Shown here piece by piece: positions 61,987-64,000 of a stretch of DNA of 64,000 bases. The notes beneath the pieces were generated by a model, which saw only the letters and a list, made by a program, of their open reading frames with translations, was not told the DNA's origin and searched no databases. The position numbers were made by a program, and so were the translations under genes. This stretch comes from Azolla caroliniana (lineage: Eukaryota; Plantae; Polypodiophyta), in NCBI GenBank assembly GCA_043228905.1, contig JBHGNT010000007.1, positions 14,136,001-14,200,000 of the forward strand, written 5' to 3'. Each line of letters opens with the position of its first letter. The first letter of the stretch is position 1.

Positions 61987-62101
61987 CCGTCTCCTCGGTT
62001 TCTTGTGTGGGGAGAGCACGGTAGAGTCTCCACTATTCTCCGGTTCTTTATCTGACTGGTCATTCCGACATAGCCGCTCAATTGGCCCACTTAGTCGGAA
62101 T

Positions 62102-62417
62102 GAGATAAGACTCTCATCTAGAGTACCAAATCCTTCTTCATATTCTACCTGAACCTCTCTAGGTTCACTAGCCTCATCCTCCGGAATCAGGTCTTCGTCG
62201 GGAGTTGGAGTCACGAGAGAGTACCATGATTCCGACTCATCAAACTCAACATCTTGACTGAGATAAGACTCTCATCTAGAATACCAAATCCTTCTTCATA
62301 TTCTACCTGAACCTCTCCAGGTTCACTAGCCTCATCCTCCGGAATCGGGTCTTCGTCGGGAGTTGGAGTCGCGAGAGAGTACCATGATGCCGACTCATCA
62401 AACTCGACATCTTGACT
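62102..62417. repeat. 158-bp tandem duplication inside element K
   Basis: gagataagactctcatctaga...catcttgact present twice (starts 62102 and 62260). Confidence 0.9.
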
Positions 62418-64000
62418 TATTCGGACCTGTTTAGTCCGGGGGTTATAACACTTATACCCCTTCTGTTCATGCGAGTGGCCGATGAGTATGCACTTCTCCA
62501 ACTTCGGATCTAGCTTCCTCCACTTCTCATCCGGTACATGCACATATGCTATGCTACCGAATATCCGAAGGTGTCTCAAATTCGGCTTCTGCCCGAAATA
62601 TAGCTCATGTGATGACACCTTATCTCTGATCCGGTTTTGGATGTAGACGATAGTCCGAACCGCCTCATCCCAGTAGAACTTGGGCATACTCTTCTCCTCT
62701 AGCATTGCGCTTCCATCGACAATCGATCGGTTCTTCATTTCGGCCACACCATTTTGTTCCGGTGTGTATCGACAGCTAAATTCTCTCCGAATTCCTTTCT
62801 GTTGCAGATAACTGTTGAATTGGCTGGAAAAATATTCTTTTCCACCATCCGACCGCAGGCACTTAATCTTTCTCTCTGTTTCCCATTGAACGAAGCTTTG
62901 AAGGTTCCGGAAACATTCGAAAACTTCGCTTTTCCTCTCGATGAGGTAGATCCAAGTGTGCCCGCTGTAGTCGTCGATGAAGGAGACAAAGTACTGACTC
63001 CCGCCAAGACTAACTCTCTATGCCAGTCCCCATACATCTGAATGGATTAAGTTGAGCTTGTTACGGCTCCGGTTTTGTTCGGTGGGGAATGGAAGCCGGT
63101 GTCGCTTCCCGAGTTGGCAGGCTTCACATATTTGGGCCTTGTGGCCACTAAATGTCAGCAAACCGAAAACAACTTGTTTCGATTGCAGGTCCTGAAGCCT
63201 TCGGTAATTGACGTGACTGATCCACTTGTGCCAAAGATCGATGTTCCGATTTGATCTTTTGTTCTTTTGCAAACATAGAGGAGCCTACGTTGTTGATGTC
63301 GAGGATGAACATCCTCCCGTTGCGACGCCCTTGCGCGATTATTCGGCCTTCTTCTTCAATGAAGCACCTGAGGTGCGTAAACCGCACCTGCATTCCCTGG
63401 TCGATGATTTGTCTGACTGACACAGGTTCTTTATGATTGTCAGAACGGGTAGTATGTTCATCAACTTTAACTTTTGTCCAACATGGCTTAAAAGGGACTT
63501 CTCCGACATGCACAATTGGGTGAGGGGTGTCGTCTCTGATTTCGACAATTCCCAGTTGTTCCGGTTTCTCTACAAATGAGAACCACTCTTCATGGCTCAT
63601 CATGTGATTAGATGCTCCAAAATCAACGTACCACACTTCATCCAATCCGGAAGTGGTCTTCTTCATCGAGTTCGCCTTATGCTTCATCATGAAGGTTGGC
63701 CCCTTTACCGGTCTTCCCGGTTCCGGATCTTTCCAATCCTTCTGCGTAGTGCGAGCTTTGCTGGTTTCCTTGTTCAGACTTGTCGGATCCGGATTTGTTT
63801 GAATTGGTGCACTTTTTCCAACACTCGCTTTCTCTGTGGCCTTTCTTGCCACAAAACCAACATTCCGTGTCGGCCTTCCCATGTCGGTTTCCGGCACCGT
63901 TTTGACTCCCCCTGCTCGTAGAGGGTTCGGAACTACTGTCGGCACTATCTCAGTGCCTTCGATTCTACTCTTGTCGGACGCCTCCATTGCGTGCCGACCC

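Larger units (their letters stand above)
60153..64000 (-). mobile_element. A-family copia element K internal region (gag end, PR, INT, RT), continues beyond the window
   Basis: [38 protein letters not shown]; closely paralogous to element A. Confidence 0.92.

Overview
Plant nuclear DNA, probably from a non-seed land plant judging by the retrotransposon types (inference). Positions 1-11.4 kb are AT-rich and hold one intact 11-exon gene on the minus strand: NOP53 (60S ribosome biogenesis factor, 5111-10495, 386 aa), which the ORF track misses. From 11443 to the end the window is one continuous nest of about 16 transposon insertions that I separated by LTR, PBS, PPT and TSD. These are eight Ty1/copia copies (A, C, D, E, K, L, M, N), a chromodomain Ty3/gypsy (B), a non-autonomous hAT-type element, and six members of a tRNA-Trp-primed Ty3/gypsy group (F, G, H, I, J and a solo LTR). 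That last group is the most interesting system. It makes 4-bp TSDs and nearly every readable junction is centred on CG (CCGT at three complete insertions). Its autonomous member G has a -1 frameshift site with a predicted pseudoknot between protease and RT. It has gag-only non-autonomous partners, one of them (H) young, intact and inserted in G's own gag. Two of its LTR types carry an antisense tRNA-like A-box/B-box module. A 39-bp SSU rRNA fragment is also captured as filler DNA inside copia A. All calls are by eye; no database searches were run.
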